Positions 31,143 through 43,188 are shown, numbered from the stretch's first letter. The stretch: DNA of 64,000 nt from Octopus vulgaris (GCA_951406725.2 OX597816.1:139748001-139812000), one strand, 5' to 3'. Numbers and translations are program-made. The notes: generated from the letters alone by a model not told the origin.

Positions 31143-31198
31143 TAACAAAAGCTGTTACTCCAGAGTTTCACGTTCCCGTTCGTCGGACAGTTTTGTTA
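31143..31198 (-). ncRNA. Type I hammerhead ribozyme motif (U4C core variant)
   Basis: Minus strand: taacaaaactgt CCGACGA acg-ggaa-cgt GAAA ctc-tg-gag TA acagcttttgtta. Stem I 12 bp with one bulge, stem II 3 bp plus tetraloop, stem III ACTC/GAGT, cleavage triplet GUA. Confidence 0.7.
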
Positions 31199-31300
31199 AA
31201 CTCTGAGTAACAGCTTTTGTTATATTTCTGCTGCTTTTAAATAAAGTATATATATATATATGAGTGCGTGTGTGTTGCAGTAGGATCAATCGATAAAGAG

Positions 31301-31693
31301 GTGCAGGCGTGGCTATGTGGTTAAAAAGCTCGCTTCCCAACCATGTGGTCTTGGGAACACTCCTACTGTGCGGCACTTTAGGCGAGTATCTTCTATATTG
31401 TTCCGGGCCGACCAAAGCTCTGTGAGTAAATTTAGTAGATGGGAACTGAAGGTAGCCCATCTCATATGTGCGTGTGTGAATAAGTGTGTATGTTTATTCA
31501 CACACACGCACACACACACTGCCGCTTGACAACCATTGTCGGTTTTTTTTACTGCCTACTGACATAGCGGTTCGGCAATATGACCGATGTATTACGTACA
31601 AGACAAAATAAGTACTGTGGCCGATTTATTCGACTAGACCCTTCAAGGCGACGTCCCAGCATGGGCGCATTCCAATGACCGAAAGAAGTAAAT
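31301..31693 (+). mobile_element. SINE family A (diverged)
   Basis: Head gcaggcgtggctatgtggttaaaaagctcgcttcccaacc followed by the family body. Confidence 0.75.
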
Positions 31694-32472
31694 GAACAGA
31701 TAGACAGACAGATAGACAGACAGATAGATAGATAGAAACTTCGTATAGGGGAGAGTCAGAGGGAGAGTAAGTAGGTAATGAGCATAGACAGACAGGAGAG
31801 AGGTAGACAGAGGGGCGCAAGTGAGAAAGAGATAGTGGTAAATAGAGATAGGGAAGGGGGTACTTCTGCACCAGTATCTTGCACCATCAATGTGATAAGG
31901 TGCGGCGGCATGGTTGAACTACGGAGAGGTGTGGGTTGAGTTCGTTTTATAAACGATGTTGGAAGCTGTCAGAAAGGTGTAAAATTGTAGTGGGTGGAGG
32001 TGGGCATGTGCGTGCGTGCCTATGTTCGTGTGTGTGTGTGTGCGTCGCGCGCGCGCAGTTCAACACGATATCATCCCAGTTGCAGAGACGAACACACAGA
32101 CACATAAACTTGAGAGCCGAGCTATTTTAAAACCTGTCTTTCTCACACACATACAGAGAAACACTTATGTGTGTGAGCACATACGTGTATGTGTGTGTGT
32201 GTGTGCACAGAGATTACACATGCGGACGCATAATTTACACAAGCACAACATATATATATATTTATATATATATATATATACACAATATTATATATATATA
32301 TATATTATGTTATATATATGAGAGGGTCAGAGAGGGTGAAGAAGGTGAAAAGACTTGTCCGACAAAATGCCTTGCGGTGTTTCTGTTCTTAATATTCTGA
32401 GTTCAAATTTCGCCGAAACCAACTTTGATTTTCATCCTTTCGGAACCGACAGAACCGCTTAGATTTTCTTCC

Positions 32473-32626
<154 letters not shown>

Positions 32627-32704
32627 TATATGTATACATTTGTAATTTTTTTCTATATATAAATAGCATGTACCCAAAAGATATATATATAGCATGCCCC
32701 CGTA

Positions 32705-32745
<41 letters not shown>

Positions 32746-33260
32746 TAACATCTTAATATTTATCATGCATTATAGATAAGATGAACTGACGTACATATAC
32801 AGATAGATGCGGTCATATCCTCAATCACATATCGATACACAACCATGACACAGTTGTGTATTTTTTACTTACCCATGATTTACGTAAACGTACACTTATA
32901 GAGAGTGCAAGGTGCTCGCTTTATGTTAGAGTATGTCTCTATCTGTACAGAGACATATAAGGGAATACCTGGACATGAGTGAGGGTGTGTACGTGTGTGT
33001 GTGTTGTTTTAGAGGTTATTTGGCTAGTTTACACACGTGACTGTTTTTCATAAAGTTTAGTCTACTTGAACACATACACACACGCTTGTGTTTGTGTATG
33101 TGTTTGTATGTGTAGAATGAGATACATATAGATGTGAAAAGACTAACACAAAACAAACAAAAAAATTGAAAATAAAGGAAAACTAACAAACAAAAACAAA
33201 GCGATCAAAATATGAAGTACTTGATTCCATTATAGAGATTGGAGTATCTCCATAGAATGG

Positions 33261-33267
33261 TACTCAC
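33261..33267 (-). promoter_or_regulatory. 5' splice donor (G|GTGAGTA) of the first intron of the NET gene
   Basis: Plus-strand tactcac at 33261-33267 directly abuts the exon; consensus U2 donor. Confidence 0.85.
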
Positions 33268-33330
33268 CGTTGTTGGTAAAGGCTGCAAATACTCCGGGTA
33301 ATGGTACTGTGTAGAAGTTGGTGTTAACAT
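33268..33330 (-). CDS. ZNF503: First coding exon of a NET-family (NocA/Elbow/ZNF503/ZNF703-like) zinc-finger transcriptional repressor
   Basis: The minus strand reads ACA-ATG TTA ACA CCA ACT TCT ACA CAG TAC CAT TAC CCG GAG TAT TTG CAG CCT TTA CCA ACA ACG|GTGAGTA = MLTPTSTQYHYPEYLQPLPTT, with A at -3 and a consensus phase-0 donor. PEYLQPLP(S/T)T is the peptide that precedes LDAKKSPLALLAQTC (Sp motif) in NET proteins. The exon is too short for the ORF track; exact paralog naming is uncertain. Confidence 0.85.
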
Positions 33331-33614
33331 TGTAACGATTTAAGGTGGAATTTTAAATTTTTTTAATTATTATTTTTTTGTTGTAGTTGTTGTCAGCGTA
33401 GACTCGGAAATTTTCCTTTTCACTAGAATCTTTATTCAATCAAGCGGTAAAATAACGAAAAAAAAAAGGCCTTGCGTTAATTCGAAATATCACATGTATG
33501 ATATATATTGCTGTAATATATATATGCATAGAAGCATGATAACAACATTGAGATTATATAATTATATATATATATATAAAGAGAGGTGGGAGAGAGAGAA
33601 AGAGAAAGAATATG

Positions 33615-33649
<35 letters not shown>

Positions 33650-34704
33650 TATATATATAATTGAAAAAAATCAGACGATCAACTTCGTGAGATCTTTTTT
33701 CTATTCTTTTTTTGAGATAAACAATTTTTTTTTTTAAATTATAAATACGTAAGAAATCCTTCCTCGGCAATAGATATAGTTAGATGGGTTTTTTGAGTTC
33801 GAGATTAGACGCGCCCTCGTGGTTTACTGGTGGAGTTTATAGTGGTACCTTGTATTTATAGTGCAACAAGCCCTTTCAGGTGTCCTAACCACGTTGATGG
33901 CAATAACTTCTTTGCTGCGTAGTCTGGTTTTGGTTTAGTAGGCAATCATTTCATCGTATTTATTTATTCACTTATTGTTTCGTAAGACGACCAAGAAAAC
34001 AACTTTTACTTCGACTTTTCCAAAAAAAATCGATATTATAATATATACATATTATATATACGGTAATATATATCCTTGTGTTCTGGGTATTGTGTAATTT
34101 AAAAGTAGGGTCGTTTTTTGTTTCCTTTGATATGTATAAAAATTCCGTGATAAAAATGCGGTTGGTTGGTTACTTGGTTGATAGTGTAATCGTTGGTGTT
34201 ATTGCTTTGTTGTTGCAATTAATTACTGGTGTAATAATACTTGGTTGAAGAATACTGACACGAAATAATAACAGCTGCAAGAAACGGTAAATAACGTGGA
34301 AGCCGTTCTTAAGTCTTAGCAGAATTTTGTAAACAGACAGCCCCTGAGCGGTTCATATGCGTGTGTAATTCCTGTACGTGTATAATATATATACATAATA
34401 TCATATATATATTGTCTGCTGGTGTGGGTTTTAACACTTATCTGTGAACATGCACGTATTTTGTATTTTGTATAGCAGAGGTATATAATTTTGGTATCGA
34501 TATATCCATACACAAACACGTACACATATATAATATACACACACACGAGTTGTGTTTTTTCCCTTTCCTCTTTAAAAAGACAATTGTCGGATCCGTCGAT
34601 GGTACGTTGTATTTTCCATGAACATCGCAAACTTAATGTGTGTGAATATGTTATATATAGAGAGGTGTAAATGGGTATGGATATGTATGATTGTGTGTGC
34701 GTGC

Positions 34705-34741
<37 letters not shown>

Positions 34742-35145
34742 AAAGAAAGAGAGGCGAGAAAGTGTGAAAGATCGTCAGGTAGTGCGTGTGTGCACTAGAG
34801 CTGCGAGAAAGAAAGAGAGAGAGAAGAAACAATGTGAGGCCAGGTTGAACCAGCCGAGTGTGTGTACATATGTACTTGCTGTGTGCGGCGAGAAGAAACG
34901 TTGCTGGCTTCTACAGAGCCAAGCTGCTACTGATGGCTTCTTCTCAAGCTACACTGCTTTAGCTGTAGCTGCTACCGGTCACCACAGTCGCAGTGGAGCT
35001 AGCACTACTTGTCGCAGCCGCCCATTCCGCCAACACGAGCAAGATCACGATCACAATCGCCAACATCAGCAGCAACCGCCATCTTGTGCTGCTGGTTGCG
35101 GCCAACTTTCCCTTCTACCGTCCTCACCATCCGCCATAACACTTC
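33331..35145 (-). other. Putative long 5' UTR/leader of the NET gene
   Basis: No recognisable TE between the TATA candidate and the ATG, unlike the rest of the window. A UTR intron cannot be excluded. Confidence 0.4.
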
Positions 35146-35168
35146 CCTCCATCTTCCTTCTACTCAAA

Positions 35169-35176
35169 CTTTTATA
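35169..35176 (-). promoter_or_regulatory. Candidate TATA box (TATAAAAG) of the NET gene
   Basis: Perfect TATAAAAG on the minus strand, at the edge of a ~1.8 kb TE-free, comparatively CpG-rich segment leading to the ATG at 33330. Confidence 0.4.
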
Positions 35177-35190
35177 TAAACTCACTTTCG

Positions 35191-35255
35191 CTTCTTCTTC
35201 TTCTTCTTCTTCTTCTTCTTCTTCTTCTACTACTACTACTACTACTACTACTACA

Positions 35256-35286
<31 letters not shown>

Positions 35287-35545
35287 TTACTACTACTACT
35301 ACTTTGCCTTTTCCTTTTTCATCAACTACTACTTTTTTCTTTCCTATTTTTTCTTCGTCTACTACTACTACTACTACTTCCTCGTCTTCTTCTTCCTCGT
35401 CTTCTTCTTCTTCCTCGTCTTCTTCTTTTTCTTCCTCTTCTTCTTCCTCGTCTTCTTCCTCGTCGTCTTCTTCTTCCTCGTCTTCTTCCTCGTCGTCTTC
35501 TTCTTCCTCGTCTTCTTCTTCCACTTCTTCTTCTTCCACTGTTTC
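35191..35545. repeat. Compound trinucleotide block (TTC)n(TAC)n(TTC/CTC/GTC)n
   Basis: Directly visible; it generates the poly-S/T and poly-E ORFs. Confidence 0.9.
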
Positions 35546-35927
35546 TTAGCTTTCTTTCCCCTCTTCTTTTTCTTCTACCTTTTTTCTACTTTTTCTATTT
35601 TTTATGCTACCTTTTCCTCCTTCTCCTCTATTCTTTCATTTTCTCTGTTTTTCTATACTTTTTGCCGCTTTCTTCTTTTTCATCGTCATCAGCATCATCT
35701 TTCACCTAAGTTTTCCTTTCTTTTTTCTCTAGTTTCCTCTTCCTTCATCTCTCTATCTAATTGTCCCGTCTTCTCTCTTTCTACTTCTAGCTTATAACCC
35801 CTGTTTAAATCGTCAGCCATACTCTCTCTCTACCTCTCTCTCTCCCACTCTCTCACCCACTCTCCCTCTCTCTCTCTACCTCTCTCTCCCACTCTCTCTC
35901 TCCCACTCGCTCTCTCTTTTCGTCGCA

Positions 35928-35961
<34 letters not shown>

Positions 35962-36140
35962 GTTCCACCTCTGTCTCTTCTCACCTTCACTATCCCTAAT
36001 ATACCCCCCTCTCTCTCTCTCTCATTATTCTCTCATTTCGCTTCTACTTTTCTAAGTTCACTTCCACCCTTTCTTTAGAAAAGATCCCTTACACTATATG
36101 TTGCTTTTTCTTTCTCTCCCTCCCTCCCTCTCTCTCTCCC

Positions 36141-36183
<43 letters not shown>

Positions 36184-36422
36184 CTGTCTTCCTCAAGCAC
36201 TATTTCACTGTCTGTAACTCGCACCTTTATTTCTTCCTCTCCTTTTTTCGTTTTCTATTTATCTCTCTATCCACACCACTTCACACATACAAAACCTACG
36301 CCTTTTCTCTCTGTCTCTCTCTCTCGCTTTCTTCTCTCTCGCCTTCAAACACACCGCACAAACACTTTACAAACTCGTTTTCACAAACATTCTGGTGTAT
36401 AAAATTATTAATACAAATATAC

Positions 36423-36832
36423 AGGAGTGGCTGTGTGGTATGTAGCTTGCTTACCAACCACATGGTTTCGGGTTCAGTCCTACTGCATGGCACCTTGAGC
36501 AAGTGTCTTCTACTATAGCCTCGGGCCGACCAAAACCTTCTGAGTGGATTTGGTAAACGGAAATTGAAAGAAGCCCGTCGTATATATGTATATATGTATG
36601 TATGTATGTGTGTGTATATGTTTGTGTGTCTGTGTTTGTCTCCCCAACATCGCTTGACAACCGATGCTGGTGTGTTTACGTCCCCTTAACTTAGCGGTTC
36701 GGCAAAAGAGACCGGTAGAATAAGTACTAGGCTTACAAAGAATAAGTCCTGGGGTCGATTTGCTCAACTAAAGGCGGTGCTCCAACATGGCCGCAGTCAA
36801 ATGACTGAAACAAGTAAAAGAGTAAGAAAGAG
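36423..36832 (+). mobile_element. SINE family A, full length, best-preserved copy
   Basis: A-box tggctgtgtgg, B-box ggttcagtcc, CORE-like ggcaccttgagcaagtgtctt, tail gaaacaagtaaaagagtaag. More than 15 related copies in the window. Confidence 0.9.
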
Positions 36833-37234
36833 TATCTGAAATGCTTTATACATCTCATTAGCCGACATGTCGGAGGAATCAGAAAATGGTTGGGAATATT
36901 TATATATATAATGTGTCTGTCTTTATCACTTAGTGACGCTTGTCAACCGGTGTTGATGCGTTTACATCCCCGTAACTTACCGCTTAGGCCATAGAATAAC
37001 TACCAAACTTAAGGGAAAATAAGTACTGGGCTCGATTCATCAAGGCGGTACTCCAGCATGACCGCGGTCTAATGAGTGAAACGAGTAAAAGATAAAAGAA
37101 GTGGCTGTGTGGTAAGAAGCTTGCTTCCAAACTAAATAATTCAGGATTCAGTCCCACTGCTCGGCACCTTGGACAAGCGTAGGTTTGTATACGGAAACTA
37201 AAAGGAGCCCGTCCTATATATGCATATATATCTA

Positions 37235-37291
<57 letters not shown>

Positions 37292-37302
37292 GTGTGTGTG
37301 TG

Positions 37303-37820
37303 ATTATTCAGTATATTTCAAGATTTCTTGCCAATAGAGAAAGAACCGGTTTCTAACCTAGATCCAAGGTTCCTTCACTGGAATTTCAACATCAACATCA
37401 GTTTTTTATTGTATGTATGTATATATGTATGTATGTATGCATGCATGTATGTATGCATGAATTCTTATGCATATCTAGACATGCTCGTATATATTTAAAT
37501 GATAAACTTCTGGTAAGTTTTACAGATTTTTACAATTCCAGTGATGGATTGGATCTGTAATCTTCGGATTAGCTTTCTCCTCTCTGGTTTTGAGAAGCCT
37601 AATTTCTAGACAGTGTGTTACATATCCCAGGACCCCAATAATTACAGATATAAACCTGAACTTGTAATCTGAATAGAGTAACTGCAGATTTCTCAATAGT
37701 TCAGTACAGGTGTTCTCTTTTTCACTGATCTTCAACTTTATGTTAACATCCGCTGGGTAACTAATTTCCACAACAGTACAGTTTCTCTTCTCTATCCCAA
37801 ATCATTATATCAGGTCTGTA
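37303..37820 (-). mobile_element. 3' end of the same R4/Dong-type family (endonuclease plus 3' UTR)
   Basis: PDIMIWDREE..VVEISYPADVNIKLKISEKEN..VIIGVLGYVTHCL. The 3' UTR matches the 41412-42113 units; associated with (TATG)n. Confidence 0.85.
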
Positions 37821-37856
37821 TATATGTATGCATGTATGTATGTATGTATGTATGTA

Positions 37857-37901
<45 letters not shown>

Positions 37902-37952
37902 TGTTTATATGTTCTCTTCAGGGTTTAATTATTTAAATTCTTCCTCCTCTGT

Positions 37953-38185
37953 GAAGGCGCGTGGATATTCTGCTCACGATCGCATAGTCGTGAGTTCGAT
38001 TTCCAGCGGTAAGACACTTTATTTCACGTTGTTCCAGTCCGCTCAACGGGCAAAAATGGTGGATGTAATTCAAAGGGCCAACCTTGTCATTTCTGTCCCC
38101 TGCTGAATCTCCCTGAGAACTACGTTAAGAGTTCTCGTGTTTGTGGAGTGTTCTGCCACTTGCACGTTAAATTCACGAGCAGGCT
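37953..38185 (+). mobile_element. SINE family B (diverged)
   Basis: gtgagttcgatttcc..aagacactttatttcacgttg..gagaactacgttaag, shared with 60990-61315. Confidence 0.75.
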
Positions 38186-38692
38186 ATAGTCGAAGACACT
38201 TGCCCAAGGTGCCACGCAGTGGAACTGAACCCGGAATCATATGGTTGGTAAGCAAGTTACTAATCACACAGCCACTCCTGCGTCTATGTATATATATATA
38301 TATATATATATATCTTATCTTCTGTCAGTCAATTGTTTGCGGCCATGCTTGGGTACTGCCTTGAAGGGTTTTTAGTCGAACAAATCGACGTCAGGACTTA
38401 TTTTATAAGCCTAATACTTATTCCATTGTGAGAGAAACTGAGAAACAGAATCAGTGTGACTTTCATTAATTTCTCTCCTTTCTTCTTTTCCTGAAAAAGG
38501 ACTCTGTCCGAAACGTTGGTTTGGCAAGTTCATTATTTTTTTTATTGATTTTACTATCTAATACAAGTCTTACTGACGCAAACTAACACAACCATCTTCG
38601 GAATATGCCAGACCATATTTATAATTATATTTATGTATATATATCTATATGCATGCACACACATACTCACACGCGCATGCGTACACATGCAC

Positions 38693-38739
<47 letters not shown>

Positions 38740-38966
38740 AATCCATATACACATGCAGAGACGCTCGCAAATACGTATAAGGTGTATAATATATACATCT
38801 ATAGATCTATATCAATTCCTGCACCTATATGAACGTGTACATGTATTAACATTTAAATATGCTTACATAAACTTATATGTATATATGTAATATATAAATG
38901 TATCCATATTTACAAGCACATAACATATATATAATCAAAATAAGCAACAAGGATATCCAGAGATAA

Positions 38967-39053
38967 TGCCGTACGATCGTTTCATGCGACTCCATTTAAT
39001 TGAACAAAGTAAACATTACATCAATTTTATGTGTAGAGCAATCTTCAGCTGCA
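38967..39053 (-). ncRNA. Hammerhead motif with long stem II
   Basis: tgcag CTGAAGA ttgc...gcat GAAA CGATCG TA cggca; palindromic stem III ACGATCGT. Confidence 0.55.
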
Positions 39054-39066
39054 CAAGAAACATAGA

Positions 39067-39102
<36 letters not shown>

Positions 39103-39559
39103 TGGAAGTCAACTAGTGACTGGGTAAGGCCAATTTCTAAACTCAGTAACTCCAAGCCAATATTCCGAGAGTCTAAGAAGTTCCTCTGCCTCAATTTCTT
39201 TTGAATGGAGAACGTACTTTTCAGTGCAATCAGCTATAAAACCAATAGCATAACAAACTTTGAGACGACCAGACATAGACTGCACTTTAAGTTTTTCTAT
39301 ACGAGTTTACCTTCTTCTAGAACTAATTTCTAACGAGAACTAGGAGCCCTTTAATGCAAGTGGTTCACATGCTAGATAATCCATAGGATTCCCCTAACAT
39401 GTACTACTATTCTGGGTCGGAATAGACTTGTAAACAATAGTGGTTAAGAGGTGGTTCGACACTCCTCAAAACCCTGAAACTCTCATACCAGGGCCTCACT
39501 ACCAGATGCAGTTTAAAGTCATCCCCAGGACAAGCATGCTTACATACATACATAACGAT

Positions 39560-39888
39560 TAAAGACCTCCTTCAGTCATGAATGACCATGGGATTGCACC
39601 TAGAAAGTTACTCTCCGAGACATTAGTCCGGGCAAGGTGGCTTATGGAAGACCAGCGGTCGCCCATGCATACCAGATTCCCCTCTCCACGCCACCGATGT
39701 TATCCAAGGGGAAAGGCAAAGTCTGATACAGCTTGGCACCAGTGACGTCGCAACTCATTTCTACAGCTGAGTGAACTGGAGCAACGTGAAATAAAATTTC
39801 TTACTCAAGAACACAACACATAGCCCAATCCTGGAATCGAACTCACTATCGTGAGCCGACGCTCTAACCACTGAACCATGCGCCTTCA
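39560..39888 (-). mobile_element. SINE with family B head/core and a different (RTE-like) 3' tail
   Basis: Shares gctgagtgaactggagcaacgtgaaataaa and the tRNA head. Tail gacctccttcagtcatgaatgaccatgg is unrelated to the 61200-61315 tail. Confidence 0.7.
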
Positions 39889-39922
39889 CATACATACATA
39901 CATACATATATACATACATACA

Positions 39923-39956
<34 letters not shown>

Positions 39957-40290
39957 CATACATACATACATACATACATACATACATACATACATACATA
40001 CATACTTAGCAAAATAACTGACGCAGATTTTCCAAATCCAATCTAGCAGTGGCACAGTGAAGATTTGTAAGACATTCCAAACATTCTCCATGCGACATTC
40101 TTGTGTGAACAGATGCACACACTTGGGTGTCTGCCTCGACAGTTCAACCAACACCGACTCAACCACATATTTACAAACACCGGGAACTCGCTTAACTCAA
40201 AAACCTCTCGCTTTGTTAGCGACCGGCTTAAACTCTCTCCCAGAAAGAAAAACATACATACATACATACATACATACATACATACATACA

Positions 40291-40324
<34 letters not shown>

Positions 40325-40331
40325 CATACAT

Positions 40332-41330
40332 AGAAGGGTATGCGTTTGCAATCCAGGCACAGGAAATATCAACCAAGTAGGGAAGACCGGGTCTAGTTGT
40401 TACTCGGCAAGTTGTTACAAGCCCATTGTTTCCTATTTCAAGAAATAAGTAGCACTCAGGTCTCTACCTCGTGAAGGCCAACTCTATAGCATCATGACTG
40501 CACATGTGTATTGCACTGGCAGGCTGTCACCAGGAAAGGTATGGCTCAAAAAACGATTCTTTACCCCAAAAGTGAAATTTTGCCACAAAGTTATTTCATT
40601 AACTATTAAAGCACAAGTGGTGTTACTGAAATAGTTTGTGGCTCATTAGGAAGTGTTGGAAGTTGCCTTCGATACATGAAGGTGTGTCGTGGATGCCATG
40701 CATTGCTAGTGCTGTGTACGAGGTAATCCCCAGAAATCCATGGTCAGGGCTAATTGTTAGTGTATCAGCTTATCCCAGACATGTAGCAACTTACCCCTTC
40801 TATTTCAGTTTAACACGCCATGCCGTAAAATGTGACAAGCGATGCAGACTTTGTGGAGTTCACACTGAAGATATCACCCGCATCATAAGCAGTTGTCCGA
40901 AAATATCATCACGGTGTTATCTACCCATGAGACATGACATTGTAGCTAGGACACTCTATAACGAAATCATTCGGAAGAAATAAAAACTCACAATATGGTA
41001 GAAGCCATCGCCACTCAATGAAAAGGAATACTGGTGGAATGTACCAGTGAAGCTCTCAATAAAATGTAAGCATAACAAACCTGATATAATGATTTGGGAT
41101 AGAGAAGAGAAACTGTGTGCAGTTGTAGAATTTAAAAAGAGAACACCTATGCTGAACTATTGAGAAATCTACATTTACTCCATCCAGATTACAAGTTCAG
41201 GTTAATACCTGTAATTATTGGGGCCTTAGGATTTGTAACACACTGCCTAAATACCAATCTTGAAAAATTAGGCTTCTCAAAACCAGAAGGGAGAAAGCTA
41301 ATAATGAGAATACATACATAAAACATACAA
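40332..41330 (+). mobile_element. R4/Dong-type non-LTR retrotransposon C-terminal fragment (CCHC knuckle and restriction-like endonuclease)
   Basis: EGYAFAIQAQEISTK/YFSLTRHAVKCDKRCRLCGVHTEDITRIISSCPKISSRCYLPMRHDIVA, then WWNVPVK..KHNKPDIMIWDREEKLCAVVE and PVIIGALG. Embedded in (TACA)n. Confidence 0.85.
40380..40800. mobile_element. pogo-like MITE nested at a TA in an R4/Dong fragment
   Basis: Imperfect ends gggaagaccgggtctagttgttac / gtagcaacttaccccttc with TA on both sides. Removing it rejoins EISTK and YFSLTRHAVKCDKRC in frame. Confidence 0.7.
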
Positions 41331-41411
41331 ATCTGCAAATACATACACACATACATACATACATACATACATACATACATACATACATACATACATACAT
41401 ACATACATACA

Positions 41412-42113
41412 TAAAAAATGCTCTGTTATTGATGTTGAAATTCCAATGAAGGAACCTTAGATCTAGGTTAGAAACCGGTTCTTTATTGGCGAGAAATCTT
41501 GAAATAAACTGAATAATGACATACATACATACATACATGCATGCATACATACATACATACATACATACATACATACATACATACATACATACATACATAA
41601 AAAAAAATGCTCTGTTATTGATGTTGAAATTCCAATGAAGGAACCTTAGATCTAGGTTAGAAACCGGTTCTTTCTCTATTGGCGAGAAATCTTGAAATAA
41701 ACTGAATAATGACATACATACATACATACATGCATGCATACATACATACATACATACATACATACATACATACATACATACATACATACATACATAAAAA
41801 ATGCTCTGTTATTGATGTTGAAATTCCAATGAAGGAACCTTAGATCTAGGTTAGAAACCGGTTCTTTCTCTATTGGCGAGAAATCTTGAAATAAACTGAT
41901 TAATGACATACATAGATACATACATACGTACAATACATACATACATACATACATACATACATACATACATACATACATACATACATACATACATACATAC
42001 ATAAAAAATGCTCTGTTATTGATGTTGAAATTCCAATGAAGGAACCTTAGATCTAGGTTAGAAACAGGTTCTTTCTCTATTGGCGAGAAATCTTGAAATA
42101 AACTGATTAATGA
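41412..42113 (+). repeat. Four head-to-tail copies of a ~105-bp R4/Dong 3' UTR unit separated by (TACA)n
   Basis: Unit aaaaaatgctctgttattgatgttgaaattccaatgaaggaaccttagatctagg...cttgaaataaactga starts near 41412, 41600, 41795 and 42002. Confidence 0.9.
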
Positions 42114-42631
42114 CATACATAGATACATACATACGTACAATACATACATACATACATACATACATACATACATACATACATACATACATACATACATACA
42201 TACATACATACATACATACATACATAGATGGTTTGTTTTATCCGTTGCTGATAAATTCTTCCCTCGTGTCATCTTTAATGCTAGTCCAACTCAGGAACGA
42301 TGCTTCCTGATCCGTTCTCTTTCTTCCTTTCCTTCAGACTCGTTACTGTCAAAACACGCCCAATTGGCAGGAATAGCAGGAAACAGCAGGTCGCTATCAA
42401 ATGACGAGAATGCACCTCCCAGAGCGGGCGGTGAAGCTAACAGGCGACCACATGACCGTCATCCTCTGCTACAGGCCTGCGAGGATCATTGACGTACAAC
42501 ACGATCCGTCTTGCAATAATTACCGAAGAGTCCCGATAAACTACGAGTCATTCTAGCGATTTTCAGAACCCGTATGGCACAGTCAACATAATATATATGC
42601 AAATACATACTTACATACATACATACGTATA

Positions 42632-42703
<72 letters not shown>

Positions 42704-42792
42704 ATCCAAACATGAAAACAACAAAGAGAAAACCCAACAACGTGATAAGGTATAGTATTATTGGACGCTCAGGAAAGAAGGAAAGAAGGAGG

Positions 42793-42827
42793 GTTTAACG
42801 TTTCGAGCGGAACTCTTCGTCAGAAAC
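42793..42827 (-). ncRNA. Minimal type I hammerhead motif
   Basis: Minus strand: gttt CTGACGA a gag-ttccg-ctc GAAA CG TT aaac; canonical core, palindromic stem III ACGT. Lies in the (TA)n-flanked element 42699-42897. Confidence 0.65.
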
Positions 42828-42894
42828 ATAGGAAAAAGAAAGATCCAAAGAAGAGAAGACGGGGGGAAAATCGCCAACGGTACACACGCGGTCA

Positions 42895-42955
<61 letters not shown>

Positions 42956-43068
42956 GAGTGAGTGGACAAACGAAAAAAGGGGACTCAGGCTCCGTTAGGG
43001 GCCTGCGAATTAGCACGGAATCCTAATCAGATTGTTTTGAATAGCATATATATATATATATTACAGTA

Positions 43069-43188
43069 ACTCTGACGAGGGCAGCGTTGGTTCCCTAGGT
43101 CGCTCAATTTTTCTCAACCGATAAATGGACCGATTGCGTAAACTAATCAATAACGAACTTATAATGATTACCGGAAACAGCTGTAAGT
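43069..43188 (+). ncRNA. Hammerhead motif with long stem II
   Basis: act CTGACGA gg...ccg GAAA CAGCTG TA agt; palindromic stem III ACAGCTGT; flanked by (TA)n. Confidence 0.5.

Noticed and set aside
34764-35549. 261-aa poly-S/T ORF (+) and 157-aa poly-E/V ORF (-)
   Set aside because: Their length comes from trinucleotide repeats; no domain is present, and they overlap the likely promoter and leader of the minus-strand gene.
38491-38520. CTGAAAA-ggac-tct-gtcc-GAAACGTT hammerhead-like motif
   Set aside because: G8 is lost and stem I is not supportable. Probably a dead member of the class, so it was not called as a feature.
41412-42113. Repeat-spacer array superficially like CRISPR
   Set aside because: Eukaryotic context, ~105-bp repeats derived from a retroelement 3' UTR, microsatellite spacers, and no cas genes.
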